Positions 27,438-36,990 of a DNA stretch of 64,000 nt are shown here, piece by piece. Both the position numbers and the translations under genes were made by a program. A model generated the notes under the pieces. The model saw only the letters and a list, made by a program, of their open reading frames with translations, searched no databases and had not been told where the DNA came from. Positions within the stretch are counted from its first letter, which is position 1; each line of letters opens with the position of its first letter. This stretch comes from Pyrinomonadaceae bacterium (GTDB taxonomy: Bacteria; Acidobacteriota; Blastocatellia; Pyrinomonadales; Pyrinomonadaceae): NCBI GenBank assembly GCA_044224355.1, contig JBGAKP010000002.1, positions 152,626-216,625 of the forward strand, written 5' to 3'.

Positions 27438-29810
27438 ATGAAATTTATCCTTGTGGCATTTATCTTTACGTTCCTTATCCTCGCCTTACCCTCATTTCTC
27501 GATTCAAAGGTCGCGGCAGATCAATCGGCCCTTCGTAACAAACCGGCGCAAACCGGTCAAAACCAGCCGACAACGCTGCAGGACCCGGTGATCCTTGGCT
27601 TCAAGCGTCTCGGAACGTCAGGGATAGTTTTCACTCGGAAGGCTATATTTAGAACCGATGACAGCGGCAAAACGTGGGCCGAGATCGCTATTCCGATGTC
27701 CGATCTCGAGGCGTTGGTTCAAGTTCAGTTTGTGGATATCGAAACGGGCCTAGCACTGGTTACAGATCCATCCGCACGTACGCTCACTCTTATTGAGACT
27801 TATGACGGCGGCAAGAGTTGGGGCCGGCAAGATCTTTCGCTCGGCATTGCAGAATTCCCGGATGCCGATCTTAACGGTGCGTCGATTGAGAATGTCGGCA
27901 TTGGCATGGAAAGGCAACTCAAGATACCGGTCGAAACTAGCTCGAATTTTCGCGGTTGGCTGACCTATTTATCCGATGACCGGGGGCGTACTTGGCAATT
28001 TCGGTCCAAGATCGTTGAACTAAACACCGCAGAGCCGAATTTCGGCCCCGAAATATCCGCCGACGGTTGGACGCTACGCACCGAGGGCGTCTGTCTCGGG
28101 GAAAAGTCCGGCTGCTTTCAGCAAACACGTATTTATGAAGGTGGCCGTGAGATCACGCCGCCTGCGATCAATGAGCTTTCAGAGGCCACGCGCGACTCCG
28201 CTGCGCGTTCGGTCGGACAAAAGTTTGCCGCCGGCCCGGAAGGAACGACGAGAATAAGCCTCAACCGCGGATTCGATATGTGCAATGCTCCGACGGCTGC
28301 CCAGATGCTTATATGGTGGAACTCATCGCCGCTTTATGATATGAATATCTATTTCAGCGGACGAAATCGGGCATGCAAGACGCAGGCAAATCTCTCCTTA
28401 GCATGGGTCGATCAGGTAACGGCAATGGGCTGGGGCCTTATACCGACCGTGGTCGGTTACCAATCGCCGTGTACCGCCTCCGGAACGACCGCCAAGCTAA
28501 GCTATGACCCGGCGACCGCCGAAACGCAGGGACGCGGTGAGGCAGATATAGCTGTGACGGACGGCGGCAATCTCGGACTGACCACAGGCTCGATCTTTTA
28601 CTACGATATGGAGCGGTACGACCCGCCGACGCCGGACACGCTGGGCTGTCGGACAGCGACGGTCGCTTTTCTCAAGGGATGGACCGATCGTATCCGCGAA
28701 CTGGGTTTCAAGTCCGGCGTATATGGCTCGCCGAAGAACGCCCAGGAAGACTGGGTCGGCCTCGGGGCCAGCAAACCCGACGTCATTTGGATGGCGAGAT
28801 GGGACAATATTCCCTCGGTATGGACATATACCTCATTCCCGTCTTTCCCAACGAACGAATGGGCCGACCACCAGAGGATCAAACAATGGCAGGCACCACA
28901 TAATGAAACTTGGGGCGGCGTTACATTCAATATCGATGGCAATATTGCCGACGCTCCGGTTGCGGGCGTCGCGATCGCCCGCAACATGCCTGCGGATTTC
29001 GACGGCGACGGACGCTCGGATATAAGCGTGTTCCGGCCGACGGACGGCGTATGGTATGTGCTGTCGAGCAAAAACTCTACTTTCAGCGGCACGCAATTCG
29101 GCGTCGCGGCCGATGTAATTTCGCCGGGTGATTACGATGGCGACGGTAAGACGGACTTTTGCGTATTTCGTCCGTCAACAGGCACGTGGTACATGCTTAC
29201 AAAATCCGGTGCGTTCAGCGCTCGGCAATTTGGCGCGGATGGCGATGTTCCGGTGCCGGCCGATTATAATGGCGACGGAAAGACCGATATTGCGGTCTTT
29301 CGCCCGTCGAACGGATATTGGTATATCGCAAATTCCGACAGCAAAGGCACCTTTACCTTCGTTCAATTCGGCCAGTTGGGCGACAAACCCGTTCAAGGCG
29401 ATTATGACGGCGACGGACGTGCGGAGATCGCCGTTTTTCGGCCGTCCGGCGGCGCTTGGTATATTTTGCGAATTTCTGATCTGACCTACTACGGTGTCGG
29501 TTTCGGCATTTCGTCCGATCAACCGGCGCAAGGTGACTTCGATGGCGACGGGCACACGGATCTGGCCGTTTTCCGAAGCGGAGTTTGGTATCTTTTGCAG
29601 TCCTCTGATGGTTTTTCGGCAATATCATTTGGCACGGCCGGCGACATTCCCGCGACGGGCGATTACGACGGCGACGGAAGATCGGACGAAGCGGTATTTC
29701 GCCCGTCTGAAGGAAATTGGTATGTGCTGCGCAGCCAATCCGGCTTCACGGCGGCAGCGTTCGGCCAGGATGGCGATCGGCCGGTAGAGGCCGCGTATTT
29801 GCCGCAATAG
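27438..29810 (+). CDS. Secreted multidomain protein: BNR/propeller-like N-terminus, DUF1906 (Rv2525c-like glycoside-hydrolase-like) centre, six FG-GAP/VCBS-type repeats
   Basis: Signal-like MKFILVAFIFTFLILALP. Asp-box-like motifs TDDSGKTW, YDGGKSW and SDDRGRTW. Central block GWGLIPTVVGYQ...IFYYDMERYD. C-terminal DxDGDG repeats. Start trimmed to ATG 27438. Confidence 0.75.
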   Translation: MKFILVAFIFTFLILALPSFLDSKVAADQSALRNKPAQTGQNQPTTLQDPVILGFKRLGTSGIVFTRKAIFRTDDSGKTWAEIAIPMSDLEALVQVQFVDIETGLALVTDPSARTLTLIETYDGGKSWGRQDLSLGIAEFPDADLNGASIENVGIGMERQLKIPVETSSNFRGWLTYLSDDRGRTWQFRSKIVELNTAEPNFGPEISADGWTLRTEGVCLGEKSGCFQQTRIYEGGREITPPAINELSEATRDSAARSVGQKFAAGPEGTTRISLNRGFDMCNAPTAAQMLIWWNSSPLYDMNIYFSGRNRACKTQANLSLAWVDQVTAMGWGLIPTVVGYQSPCTASGTTAKLSYDPATAETQGRGEADIAVTDGGNLGLTTGSIFYYDMERYDPPTPDTLGCRTATVAFLKGWTDRIRELGFKSGVYGSPKNAQEDWVGLGASKPDVIWMARWDNIPSVWTYTSFPSFPTNEWADHQRIKQWQAPHNETWGGVTFNIDGNIADAPVAGVAIARNMPADFDGDGRSDISVFRPTDGVWYVLSSKNSTFSGTQFGVAADVISPGDYDGDGKTDFCVFRPSTGTWYMLTKSGAFSARQFGADGDVPVPADYNGDGKTDIAVFRPSNGYWYIANSDSKGTFTFVQFGQLGDKPVQGDYDGDGRAEIAVFRPSGGAWYILRISDLTYYGVGFGISSDQPAQGDFDGDGHTDLAVFRSGVWYLLQSSDGFSAISFGTAGDIPATGDYDGDGRSDEAVFRPSEGNWYVLRSQSGFTAAAFGQDGDRPVEAAYLPQ
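28995..29807 (+). repeat. Six tandem ~44-46-aa FG-GAP/VCBS-like coding repeats (D[FY][DN]GDG[KRH][ST]D.[AS]VFRP..G.WY)
   Basis: Repeat heads read directly: DFDGDGRSDISVFRP, DYDGDGKTDFCVFRP, DYNGDGKTDIAVFRP, DYDGDGRAEIAVFRP, DFDGDGHTDLAVFR, DYDGDGRSDEAVFRP. Confidence 0.85.
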
Positions 29811-29939
29811 TTCCGGACCTTGTTCGGGATCGGTGCGGCATTCATCGCCGATCGACAGTCGCGAACCTGCTGATTTCGCTAAAAGGAAGTTCAAATGTAA
29901 AATCAGAGTTTTGACCCAAAAGGGCCGAGACCTGAAATT

Positions 29940-31040
29940 ATGCTTCAAGCCGGAATAGTTGGACTCCCGAACGTCGGAAAATCGACACTTTTTAACGCTC
30001 TAACTGCACAGGAAGCCGCATTGGCCGCAAATTATCCTTTCGCGACGATCGAGCCAAATATCGGTGTCGTCGCCGTTCCGGATGAGCGTCTTGCGGTACT
30101 GGAAAGGCTGCATAACGCACAAAAGATCGTCCCCGCGACCGTTGAATTTCTCGACATCGCGGGGCTTGTACGCGGTGCGTCGAAAGGCGAAGGACTGGGC
30201 AATCAGTTCCTCGCGAACATTCGTGAATGCGATGCAGTGATACAGGTCGTCCGATGTTTTGACGACGACAATATTGTCCACGTCGAAGGCTCGGTCGATC
30301 CGGTTCGCGATATAGAAACTATCCAGATCGAATTGGCGCTCGCCGACCTTGCTTCGGCCGAAAAGCGTAAGGACAAAGCGGTTCGGGCCGCAAAAGCCGG
30401 CGACAAGGATGCAAAACGCGAACTGGATATCCTGGAAAAAATAATGCCGGTTCTCGAAGACGGGCGGCCCGCCCGTGTCGCGGCCCTTGATGACGAAGAG
30501 CGGGCGATCGTAAGACAATGGTTCTTCCTGACGACAAAACCTACGATCTTTGCCGCAAATGTTGATGAACCTTCGCTCGCTGACCCTGGTTCGAATCCCA
30601 ATATCGCCGCAGTGAAAAATTATGCCGCTTCCGAGAACGCCGATGTCGTGATCATTTGCGCGAAACTCGAGGCAGAACTTGTTGCCCTCGAACCGGAAGA
30701 ACGCGGCGAGTATCTAAAAGATCTCGGATTGAGTTCGAGCGGGGTAGATGAACTGATCAAGGCCGCCTATCACATGCTCGGGCTAATGTCCTTTCTCACT
30801 GCCGGTGAAAAGGAGGTTCGAGCCTGGACGATCCCTGTCGGAACAAAGGCCCCGCAAGCGGCGGGCGAGATCCATTCTGATATCGAACGCGGCTTTATCC
30901 GAGCCGAGATCGTCTCATTTGACGACCTTGTGGCGTGTGGCAGCCGAAAGGCGGCAAGTGAAAAGGGGTTGGCACGTCTCGAGGGCAAAGACTACGTGAT
31001 GCAGGACGGCGATGTGGTCGATTTTCGATTTAACGTATAG
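29940..31040 (+). CDS. ychF: Ribosome-binding / redox-regulated ATPase YchF
   Basis: [19 protein letters not shown]-loop, 366-aa length, and the C-terminal TGS-like block [11 protein letters not shown]. Confidence 0.95.
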   Translation: MLQAGIVGLPNVGKSTLFNALTAQEAALAANYPFATIEPNIGVVAVPDERLAVLERLHNAQKIVPATVEFLDIAGLVRGASKGEGLGNQFLANIRECDAVIQVVRCFDDDNIVHVEGSVDPVRDIETIQIELALADLASAEKRKDKAVRAAKAGDKDAKRELDILEKIMPVLEDGRPARVAALDDEERAIVRQWFFLTTKPTIFAANVDEPSLADPGSNPNIAAVKNYAASENADVVIICAKLEAELVALEPEERGEYLKDLGLSSSGVDELIKAAYHMLGLMSFLTAGEKEVRAWTIPVGTKAPQAAGEIHSDIERGFIRAEIVSFDDLVACGSRKAASEKGLARLEGKDYVMQDGDVVDFRFNV

Positions 31041-31155
31041 GCGGACGGCGCTCGTTCCCGGCCAAAGCGTTCTTCGTTCGTTTTAGCGGAAAAAGCGATC
31101 GGCTGAAGAATAGAGGTTCTGGCGATGTTCCGATCCGGCCTTTCGGCGATTTCGG

Positions 31156-31185
31156 TTGACAATCTTTGGAGTTGCAGAATATAGT
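31156..31185 (+). promoter_or_regulatory. Putative sigma-70 promoter giving a leaderless or near-leaderless mRNA
   Basis: TTGACA (31156-31161), 18-nt spacer, TATAGT (31180-31185). The ATG of the next ORF is at 31194, only 8 nt after the -10 hexamer. Confidence 0.4.
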
Positions 31186-31193
31186 CAGTTCTG

Positions 31194-31571
31194 ATGGCAA
31201 AACGCTTGGCATTGCTTGTCTTGGTTCTCTCGCTCGCCGCGGGCGTCCTGGCAGGAACTCCGGTTCATTCACCTTCGGACAATATGCCGGAGTGCTGCAA
31301 GCGTGCTAACAGCGGTGAGCGATCGTCATCTGCGGAGATGGCTCGTTTGTGCTGCGCCGTCAATTGTGCTGAAACCGCTCCGATATCGTCAGGCTCGTCA
31401 TTCAATCCCGCTCCGGCCGGTTTTATCCTTACGTATTCGGCCAATGGCCTTATCGAAGGCTCTTTTAGTCTTACGCCGGAGCTATCCGTTCGCGAATTCG
31501 AGTATATTCGAAATCCGGTTCCCGGAAAGTTCAAAGACAGCTACATCAAACACCAAGCATTCCTGATATAG
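31194..31571 (+). CDS. Small secreted Cys-doublet protein (hypothetical, possible metal-binding)
   Basis: 125 aa. Signal-like MAKRLALLVLVLSLAAGVLAG, then PECCKRA and RLCCAVNC (5 Cys). Lies directly upstream of the RND metal efflux genes. Confidence 0.55.
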   Translation: MAKRLALLVLVLSLAAGVLAGTPVHSPSDNMPECCKRANSGERSSSAEMARLCCAVNCAETAPISSGSSFNPAPAGFILTYSANGLIEGSFSLTPELSVREFEYIRNPVPGKFKDSYIKHQAFLI

Positions 31572-31687
31572 TTCGTAGGGAGAAGTGCGCCCTTTTTCTG
31601 GCTGGCGTGCGCCCCGAGGGCGATGGATTTTCAGGAGCTTTTTCGCGCGCGCAACCTATTTTCCATTTTGTATTAAGGAGAAAACTT

Positions 31688-32140
31688 ATGAGAAAACAGA
31701 CATTTTTTTTGACCATGTTCGCCGTTATTTCCGCAGCCATCCTCGCGGTCGGCTGTAGTTCATCCGGAACCTCGAATGGCGGAACACGTCCGCCCGAGGC
31801 TAAGCAGACCGTGTCGAGCGTGATCGCCGGTAACGGCCTTTCTGCCACGATCGCCAGTTTCGACGGCACGATGCACCGCGGCAAACAGAGTTTCACCATC
31901 TCGTTCGTCGAGGGTTCGGGCAAAACCGTTGATGTTGGTTCGGTCGCTCTCAACTTTCGCATGCCCGCGATGGGCAGCATGGCCGAGATGAATGCCGGTG
32001 CAACATTGACCAAGACCGACAAGCCCGGCGTGTACAACGGCGTCGCTGACTTTTCGATGGTCGGTGATTGGGACGGACAGGTCACGTATGAAGGGGCGGC
32101 GGGCAAAGGTTCCTGCGTGATCCCTGTCGTGGTCAAATAG
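31688..32140 (+). CDS. FixH/YtkA-like lipoprotein
   Basis: SD AAGGAG upstream of ATG 31688. Lipobox LAVGC. Pattern [31 protein letters not shown]...[20 protein letters not shown] matches the FixH/YtkA Ig-like domain as I recall it. Confidence 0.65.
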   Translation: MRKQTFFLTMFAVISAAILAVGCSSSGTSNGGTRPPEAKQTVSSVIAGNGLSATIASFDGTMHRGKQSFTISFVEGSGKTVDVGSVALNFRMPAMGSMAEMNAGATLTKTDKPGVYNGVADFSMVGDWDGQVTYEGAAGKGSCVIPVVVK

Positions 32141-32147
32141 CAAAGCA

Positions 32148-35100
32148 GTGATCCATCGCCTGATCGAATGGTCGCTCAATAATCGCGGTATCGTGATCGC
32201 CATCTATCTTGGCGTCGCCGCGGCCGGATATTGGGCGCTCATTCGAACGCCGATAGATGCCATACCTGACCTTTCGGACAATCAGGTGATCGTATTCACC
32301 GATTGGGCCGGACGGTCGCCGAAAGAGGTTGAGGACCAGGTCACTTATCCGTTAGTGACCAACCTTCAGGGCCTGGCCGGCGTTCGCACCGTCAGGGCAA
32401 ATTCGGCGTTCGGCTTCTCGATGATCAACATCATTTTCGAGGACGGCGTCGATCTTTATTTTGCACGCACTCGCGTACTTGAAAGGCTCAACCTGGTAAC
32501 CAAACAGCTTCCCGAGGGCGTAACGCCAACACTAGGGCCGGACGCTTCCGGCGTCGGCCAGATCTTCTGGTACACGGTGGAGTCGGACTCGATGAATCTG
32601 CGTGACCTGCGAACGGTTCAGGACTGGTTCGTGCGTTATCAGCTTAACTCGGTTCCGGGAGTTGCCGAGGTAGCCACCGTTGGCGGCTACATTCAGCAAT
32701 ATCAGGTCGATGTCGATCCGAATAAGCTACGCGGCGTAGGGATACCGCTTTCGACGGTCGTCGAGGCGGTCGAACGATCGAATAGCAATGTCGGCGGCAA
32801 TGTCGTCGAGCAAGCCGGACAATGGGCCGTCGTCCGAGGCATAGGGCTCATAGAGTCCACTGACGACGTAGGCAATATCGTCATCGGCTCGTCGAACGGA
32901 ACACCGATTTTCGTCAAGAACGTTGCTGAGGTCAAACTCGGCAACGCGTTTCGCACAGGAGCGCTGGATAAGAATGGCACGGAGGCTGTCGGTGGCGTCG
33001 TCATCGCTCGATATGGCGTAAACACGCTGGATGTGATCGGCGCGGTCAAACAGAAGATCCAGGCGCTTCAGGCCGGCCTTCCGCAGGGCGTTCGGATAGA
33101 ACCCTTCTATGACCGGACCCAACTCATCGACCGGGCAACAGATACGCTAAAGCGGTCGCTCATCGAGGAGCTAGTGCTCGTAACACTGGCCCACATCATA
33201 TTTCTCGCCCATTTTCGCTCCATTCTGATCGTTACCATTCCGCTGCCGCTTGCTGTTTTGATGTCGTTCCTGTTCATGCATTTTATGGGCATAAGCTCGA
33301 ACCTGATGTCGCTGGCGGGTATCGCGATCGCGATCGGCGTGCTGGTTGATGCCGGAATTGTCGTCACCGAGAACGCATTCAGGTACGTCGAGGTCCATCA
33401 AATAGACACCAAGGATCGAAAAGGCGTTTTCGAGGCCGTGCTGCGCTCGACCAAGCTCGTTGGACGGCCGGTCTTCTTCTCGATGGCGATCATCATCCTC
33501 GCCTTTGTACCGGTATTTGCATTGATCGGGCAAGAAGGCAAGCTGTTCCATCCGCTTGCATTTACCAAGACATTCGCGATGGCCGGCGCGACGATCCTGG
33601 CCGTCACGCTTGTGCCCGTGCTTTGCACCTATTTGATCGGCGGAAAGGTGCATTCGGAAATGCATAATCCGGTAATGAGATTTCTTCGCCGAGCGTATGA
33701 GCCCGCTTTGGTATTCGCCCTCAAACATCGGATCATTGCCGCTTTGGCCGCAGGCGTGCTGCTGCTCGGCGCCTTATATCTATCGACAGGCATCGGAAGC
33801 GAATTTATGCCGCCGCTGAACGAAGGCGACGTAATGTACATGCCGGTAACCGATCCGGCGGTCTCGATCGACGAGGCCGCTAAAATTCTGGCCCGTCAGG
33901 ACGAACTGCTCAAGTCATTTCCGGAGGTTGCATGGGCGGTCGGCAAGGCAGGCCGGGCAGAAACATCGACCGATCCCTCGCCGACGAATATGAACGAGAC
34001 CATCATTCACCTCAAACCCGAGAGCGAATGGCGGCATGGCGTCACCCGCGAATCGCTCATAAGCGAGATGGACGACCGTCTGCGGATGCCGGGCGTTACC
34101 AATATTTGGACGCAGCCAATTATTAACCGCATAGAGATGCTGGCAACCGGCATAAGGACGGAGGTCGGGATAAAGATCTTCGGTAATGATCTGAACGAAC
34201 TGGAGACGATCTCGCGGCGGGTAGCTGACCGAGTGAAACAGATCGCCGGCGCGGCCGATGTTTACCCGGAACAGATCGGCGGCTCACCGTACATCGATAT
34301 CAAGATCGACCGGGCGGCGGCGGCTCGATTCGGCATCGACGTTGCTGTGATCCAGGATACGATCGAAAAAGGCATCGGCGAGACCAACCTTACGATCACT
34401 GTCGAGGGACGCCGCCGATTTCCGGTCCGGGTACGGTACGGCAATGAGTTTCGCGACTCGCCCGAGGCGATCGGCAGGATCCCGATCGCGGCAGCGGGCG
34501 GTGCTACCGTTCCGCTTTCGCAGGTCGCGCGGATCAATACCGTCGAAGGCGCAACAATGATCCAGAGCGAGAACGGGTTGCTGCGCGGCACCGTTCTGTT
34601 AAATGTTCGCGATCGTGATGTTGGCGGATTTGTCGAGGAGGCCAAGCGTGTTGTGGCGTCGGAGGTCGAACTGCCTTCCGGCTACTACATCGAATGGAGT
34701 GGACAGTTTGAGAATCAGCAGCGTGCACGGGCCAGGCTTTTGATCGTCGTCCCGATCGTACTTTTTGTGATCTTCGGGCTGCTGTTTCTGACCTACCGTT
34801 CAGCGATCGAGGCGGCGCATGTTTTGATGGCGGTGCCGTTCGCTCTGACCGGCGGCATCTATCTGGTGTGGGCCCTCGGCTATAACTTCTCGGTCGCGGT
34901 CTGGGTGGGCTTTATCGCCCTTTTTGGCACGGCGGTTCAAACTGCGGTCGTGATGGTCATATATCTGGAAGAGGCTGTCGCTAAAAAGAAGCTTGAACGC
35001 GGGCCCGAATACTCTGCCCGAGACCTGATGGACGCCGTTATCGAGGGTGCCCTTCTCAGATTACGGCCAAAGGTTATGACCGTATCGACCGTCGTCGCGG

Positions 35101-35273
35101 GCCTTTTGCCGATCATGTGGAGCACGAGTACAGGCTCCGAGGTAATGAAGCCGCTGGCGGCTCCGGTCCTCGGCGGAATGGTGTCTAGCCTTCTGCACGT
35201 ATTGATAATCACACCCGTAATTTTTTATTGGTTACGCGAAAAAGAATTGAAAAAGGAGACATATGAAAAATAA
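32148..35273 (+). CDS. cusA: CusA/CzcA-family heavy-metal RND efflux pump, probably Cu(I)/Ag(I) type
   Basis: 1041 aa, 12-TM RND layout. Met residues sit in [15 protein letters not shown] and RIEMLATG, which align to my recollection of the E. coli CusA M573/M623/M672 site. Confidence 0.9.
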   Translation: MIHRLIEWSLNNRGIVIAIYLGVAAAGYWALIRTPIDAIPDLSDNQVIVFTDWAGRSPKEVEDQVTYPLVTNLQGLAGVRTVRANSAFGFSMINIIFEDGVDLYFARTRVLERLNLVTKQLPEGVTPTLGPDASGVGQIFWYTVESDSMNLRDLRTVQDWFVRYQLNSVPGVAEVATVGGYIQQYQVDVDPNKLRGVGIPLSTVVEAVERSNSNVGGNVVEQAGQWAVVRGIGLIESTDDVGNIVIGSSNGTPIFVKNVAEVKLGNAFRTGALDKNGTEAVGGVVIARYGVNTLDVIGAVKQKIQALQAGLPQGVRIEPFYDRTQLIDRATDTLKRSLIEELVLVTLAHIIFLAHFRSILIVTIPLPLAVLMSFLFMHFMGISSNLMSLAGIAIAIGVLVDAGIVVTENAFRYVEVHQIDTKDRKGVFEAVLRSTKLVGRPVFFSMAIIILAFVPVFALIGQEGKLFHPLAFTKTFAMAGATILAVTLVPVLCTYLIGGKVHSEMHNPVMRFLRRAYEPALVFALKHRIIAALAAGVLLLGALYLSTGIGSEFMPPLNEGDVMYMPVTDPAVSIDEAAKILARQDELLKSFPEVAWAVGKAGRAETSTDPSPTNMNETIIHLKPESEWRHGVTRESLISEMDDRLRMPGVTNIWTQPIINRIEMLATGIRTEVGIKIFGNDLNELETISRRVADRVKQIAGAADVYPEQIGGSPYIDIKIDRAAAARFGIDVAVIQDTIEKGIGETNLTITVEGRRRFPVRVRYGNEFRDSPEAIGRIPIAAAGGATVPLSQVARINTVEGATMIQSENGLLRGTVLLNVRDRDVGGFVEEAKRVVASEVELPSGYYIEWSGQFENQQRARARLLIVVPIVLFVIFGLLFLTYRSAIEAAHVLMAVPFALTGGIYLVWALGYNFSVAVWVGFIALFGTAVQTAVVMVIYLEEAVAKKKLERGPEYSARDLMDAVIEGALLRLRPKVMTVSTVVAGLLPIMWSTSTGSEVMKPLAAPVLGGMVSSLLHVLIITPVIFYWLREKELKKETYEK

Positions 35274-35628
35274 GTTTTTGATCACGGTAGGGATCGTTTT
35301 GGCTGTTACTGCTTTTTCTGGAGCCGCCGCGGCACAATCAAAGTCGGGTAAGACCACGCCGAAAACGCAGTCGGCCAAAGTGCAGATCACAAAAATGGGT
35401 TATGAGCCGGTCAGCCTGAGGCTAAAGCGCGGAATTCCGGCCCGCATCACGTTCCAGCGGATGACCGACAGCACATGCGGGACCGAGATCGTGATACCGG
35501 ACTATGGCATCAATCGTCCGCTGCCGCTTTATGAAAAGGTTGTCGTCAGCTTCACCCCGAGGCGTTCGGGCGAGGTGAGTTTCACCTGTGGAATGAACAT
35601 GCTGCGGGGCAAGATAGTAGTTCGGTAA
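35263..35628 (+). CDS. Cupredoxin-like domain protein (Cupredoxin_1 type, Cys/Met motif)
   Basis: 121 aa with a signal peptide. Blocks [32 protein letters not shown] and [14 protein letters not shown]. Overlaps the cusA 3' end by 11 nt. Confidence 0.65.
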   Translation: MKNKFLITVGIVLAVTAFSGAAAAQSKSGKTTPKTQSAKVQITKMGYEPVSLRLKRGIPARITFQRMTDSTCGTEIVIPDYGINRPLPLYEKVVVSFTPRRSGEVSFTCGMNMLRGKIVVR

Positions 35629-35637
35629 GCAATTACG

Positions 35638-36990
35638 ATGCTCGTTCGCCTTATCAGCTTTGTTCTCGTTGCAGCGGTCCTGCTTTCATATGGCGGCGGG
35701 GCATCGAGCGTTGCCGCGCAGGTGCAGATTCCGCCCGCCCAAGCGGTCAATTCTTTCTATCTCGATCCGGCAAACGGGATGACTGATGACGAGGCAGTAA
35801 AGATCGCTCTCGAAAATAACGGCGAGATCCAGGCGGCGCGCAAAGAAACCGACGCGGCCAGGGCAATGGTCCGGCAGGCTGAACTCCGAGCAAATCCAAA
35901 GCTGAATGTCACCGGTGCCAGGCAGATCAAAGGCTCTGATAACAATCAGATGGCCGAAGTGATGGTGCCGCTCGAATTGGGACGACGCCGTCCGGCGCGT
36001 GTCGCGGTCGCAAAACGTGAACTTGAGGCACGGGAATTGGAACTCGCTAATCGAGAGCGTCTGCTTGCCGCCGACGTAAGAATGAAGTTTGGCGAAGCGC
36101 TTACAGCCGCTTGGAAGCTGAACGTTGCCGAAAATACCGTCACGGTCGCCAAGCAGGGTTACGAACTCGTTGCATCCCGTGTGGCAGAGGGCAAAACGGC
36201 TCCGCTAGAAGCCAATATGCTCCTGGTCGAATACAACAAGTTGCGTGCGGCCCGCGAGACTGCTGAGGGCAAGGCCGAAACTGCATATTTCGAACTCCGA
36301 AACTTGATCGGCAGGCGTCCCGATGAGCCGCTAAGGCTGAAAGGCAACTGGGCGAACCTGATCGCACCGCCGCCGGAGGTTGTGGCGACAACCGACGCCG
36401 CGATCGGGCGGCGGCCCGACCTGCTTGGTGCAAAAGCGGTCGAGCAATTGGCCGAAGCACGTATCGAACAGGCCAAGAGCGAAGGCAGGGTCGATGCGGC
36501 GGTAAAGGCAGGCTATCAGCGAATGAACACCGGTTTTCCGCTCAGCGGTTATGATGACCATGGCGTATTGAAACCGATCCAGGATATCTTTCACTTTTTC
36601 ACTTTTGGCATCGAGATCGATCTGCCGGTTACGAACCGCAACCAGGGAGCCATCGAGGCGGCGGTATTTGAACGTGATGCGGCCGGCAGGCGTAGGGAAT
36701 TCGGCGAATTGACCGTCCGGCGCGAGGTAGCAGCGGCGATCGCCCGGTATGGCCGAGCGGCGCGGGCCTTGTCTATTTTCAAGCATGGCGTTCGGGACAC
36801 TGCGAACAATAATCTGCTGGTGATCTGGCAGATGTACTTGCTCGGAGCAAGGGGCCTTCAGGAATATATCGACGAACAGAGACGATGCCTGGAAGCCGAG
36901 AACGACGAGCTCGACGCCCAGTTGGAAACCTACACGGCGAGTGTTGAGATCATGAAAGCGGCCTCATCACCGGATCTGATAAAGAAATGA
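35638..36990 (+). CDS. TolC-family outer membrane efflux protein (CusC-like)
   Basis: 450 aa with a signal peptide and two repeated OEP-type helical halves (e.g. ALENNGEIQAARKE, RPDLLGAKAVEQLAEARIEQAKSE). Confidence 0.85.
   Translation: MLVRLISFVLVAAVLLSYGGGASSVAAQVQIPPAQAVNSFYLDPANGMTDDEAVKIALENNGEIQAARKETDAARAMVRQAELRANPKLNVTGARQIKGSDNNQMAEVMVPLELGRRRPARVAVAKRELEARELELANRERLLAADVRMKFGEALTAAWKLNVAENTVTVAKQGYELVASRVAEGKTAPLEANMLLVEYNKLRAARETAEGKAETAYFELRNLIGRRPDEPLRLKGNWANLIAPPPEVVATTDAAIGRRPDLLGAKAVEQLAEARIEQAKSEGRVDAAVKAGYQRMNTGFPLSGYDDHGVLKPIQDIFHFFTFGIEIDLPVTNRNQGAIEAAVFERDAAGRRREFGELTVRREVAAAIARYGRAARALSIFKHGVRDTANNNLLVIWQMYLLGARGLQEYIDEQRRCLEAENDELDAQLETYTASVEIMKAASSPDLIKK

Noticed and set aside
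28995-29807. Regular ~135-nt periodicity, checked as a possible CRISPR array or non-coding tandem repeat
   Set aside because: The periodicity is in frame within a long ORF and encodes six FG-GAP/VCBS-type repeats. The units are diverged at the DNA level, and there are no identical direct repeats with unique spacers.
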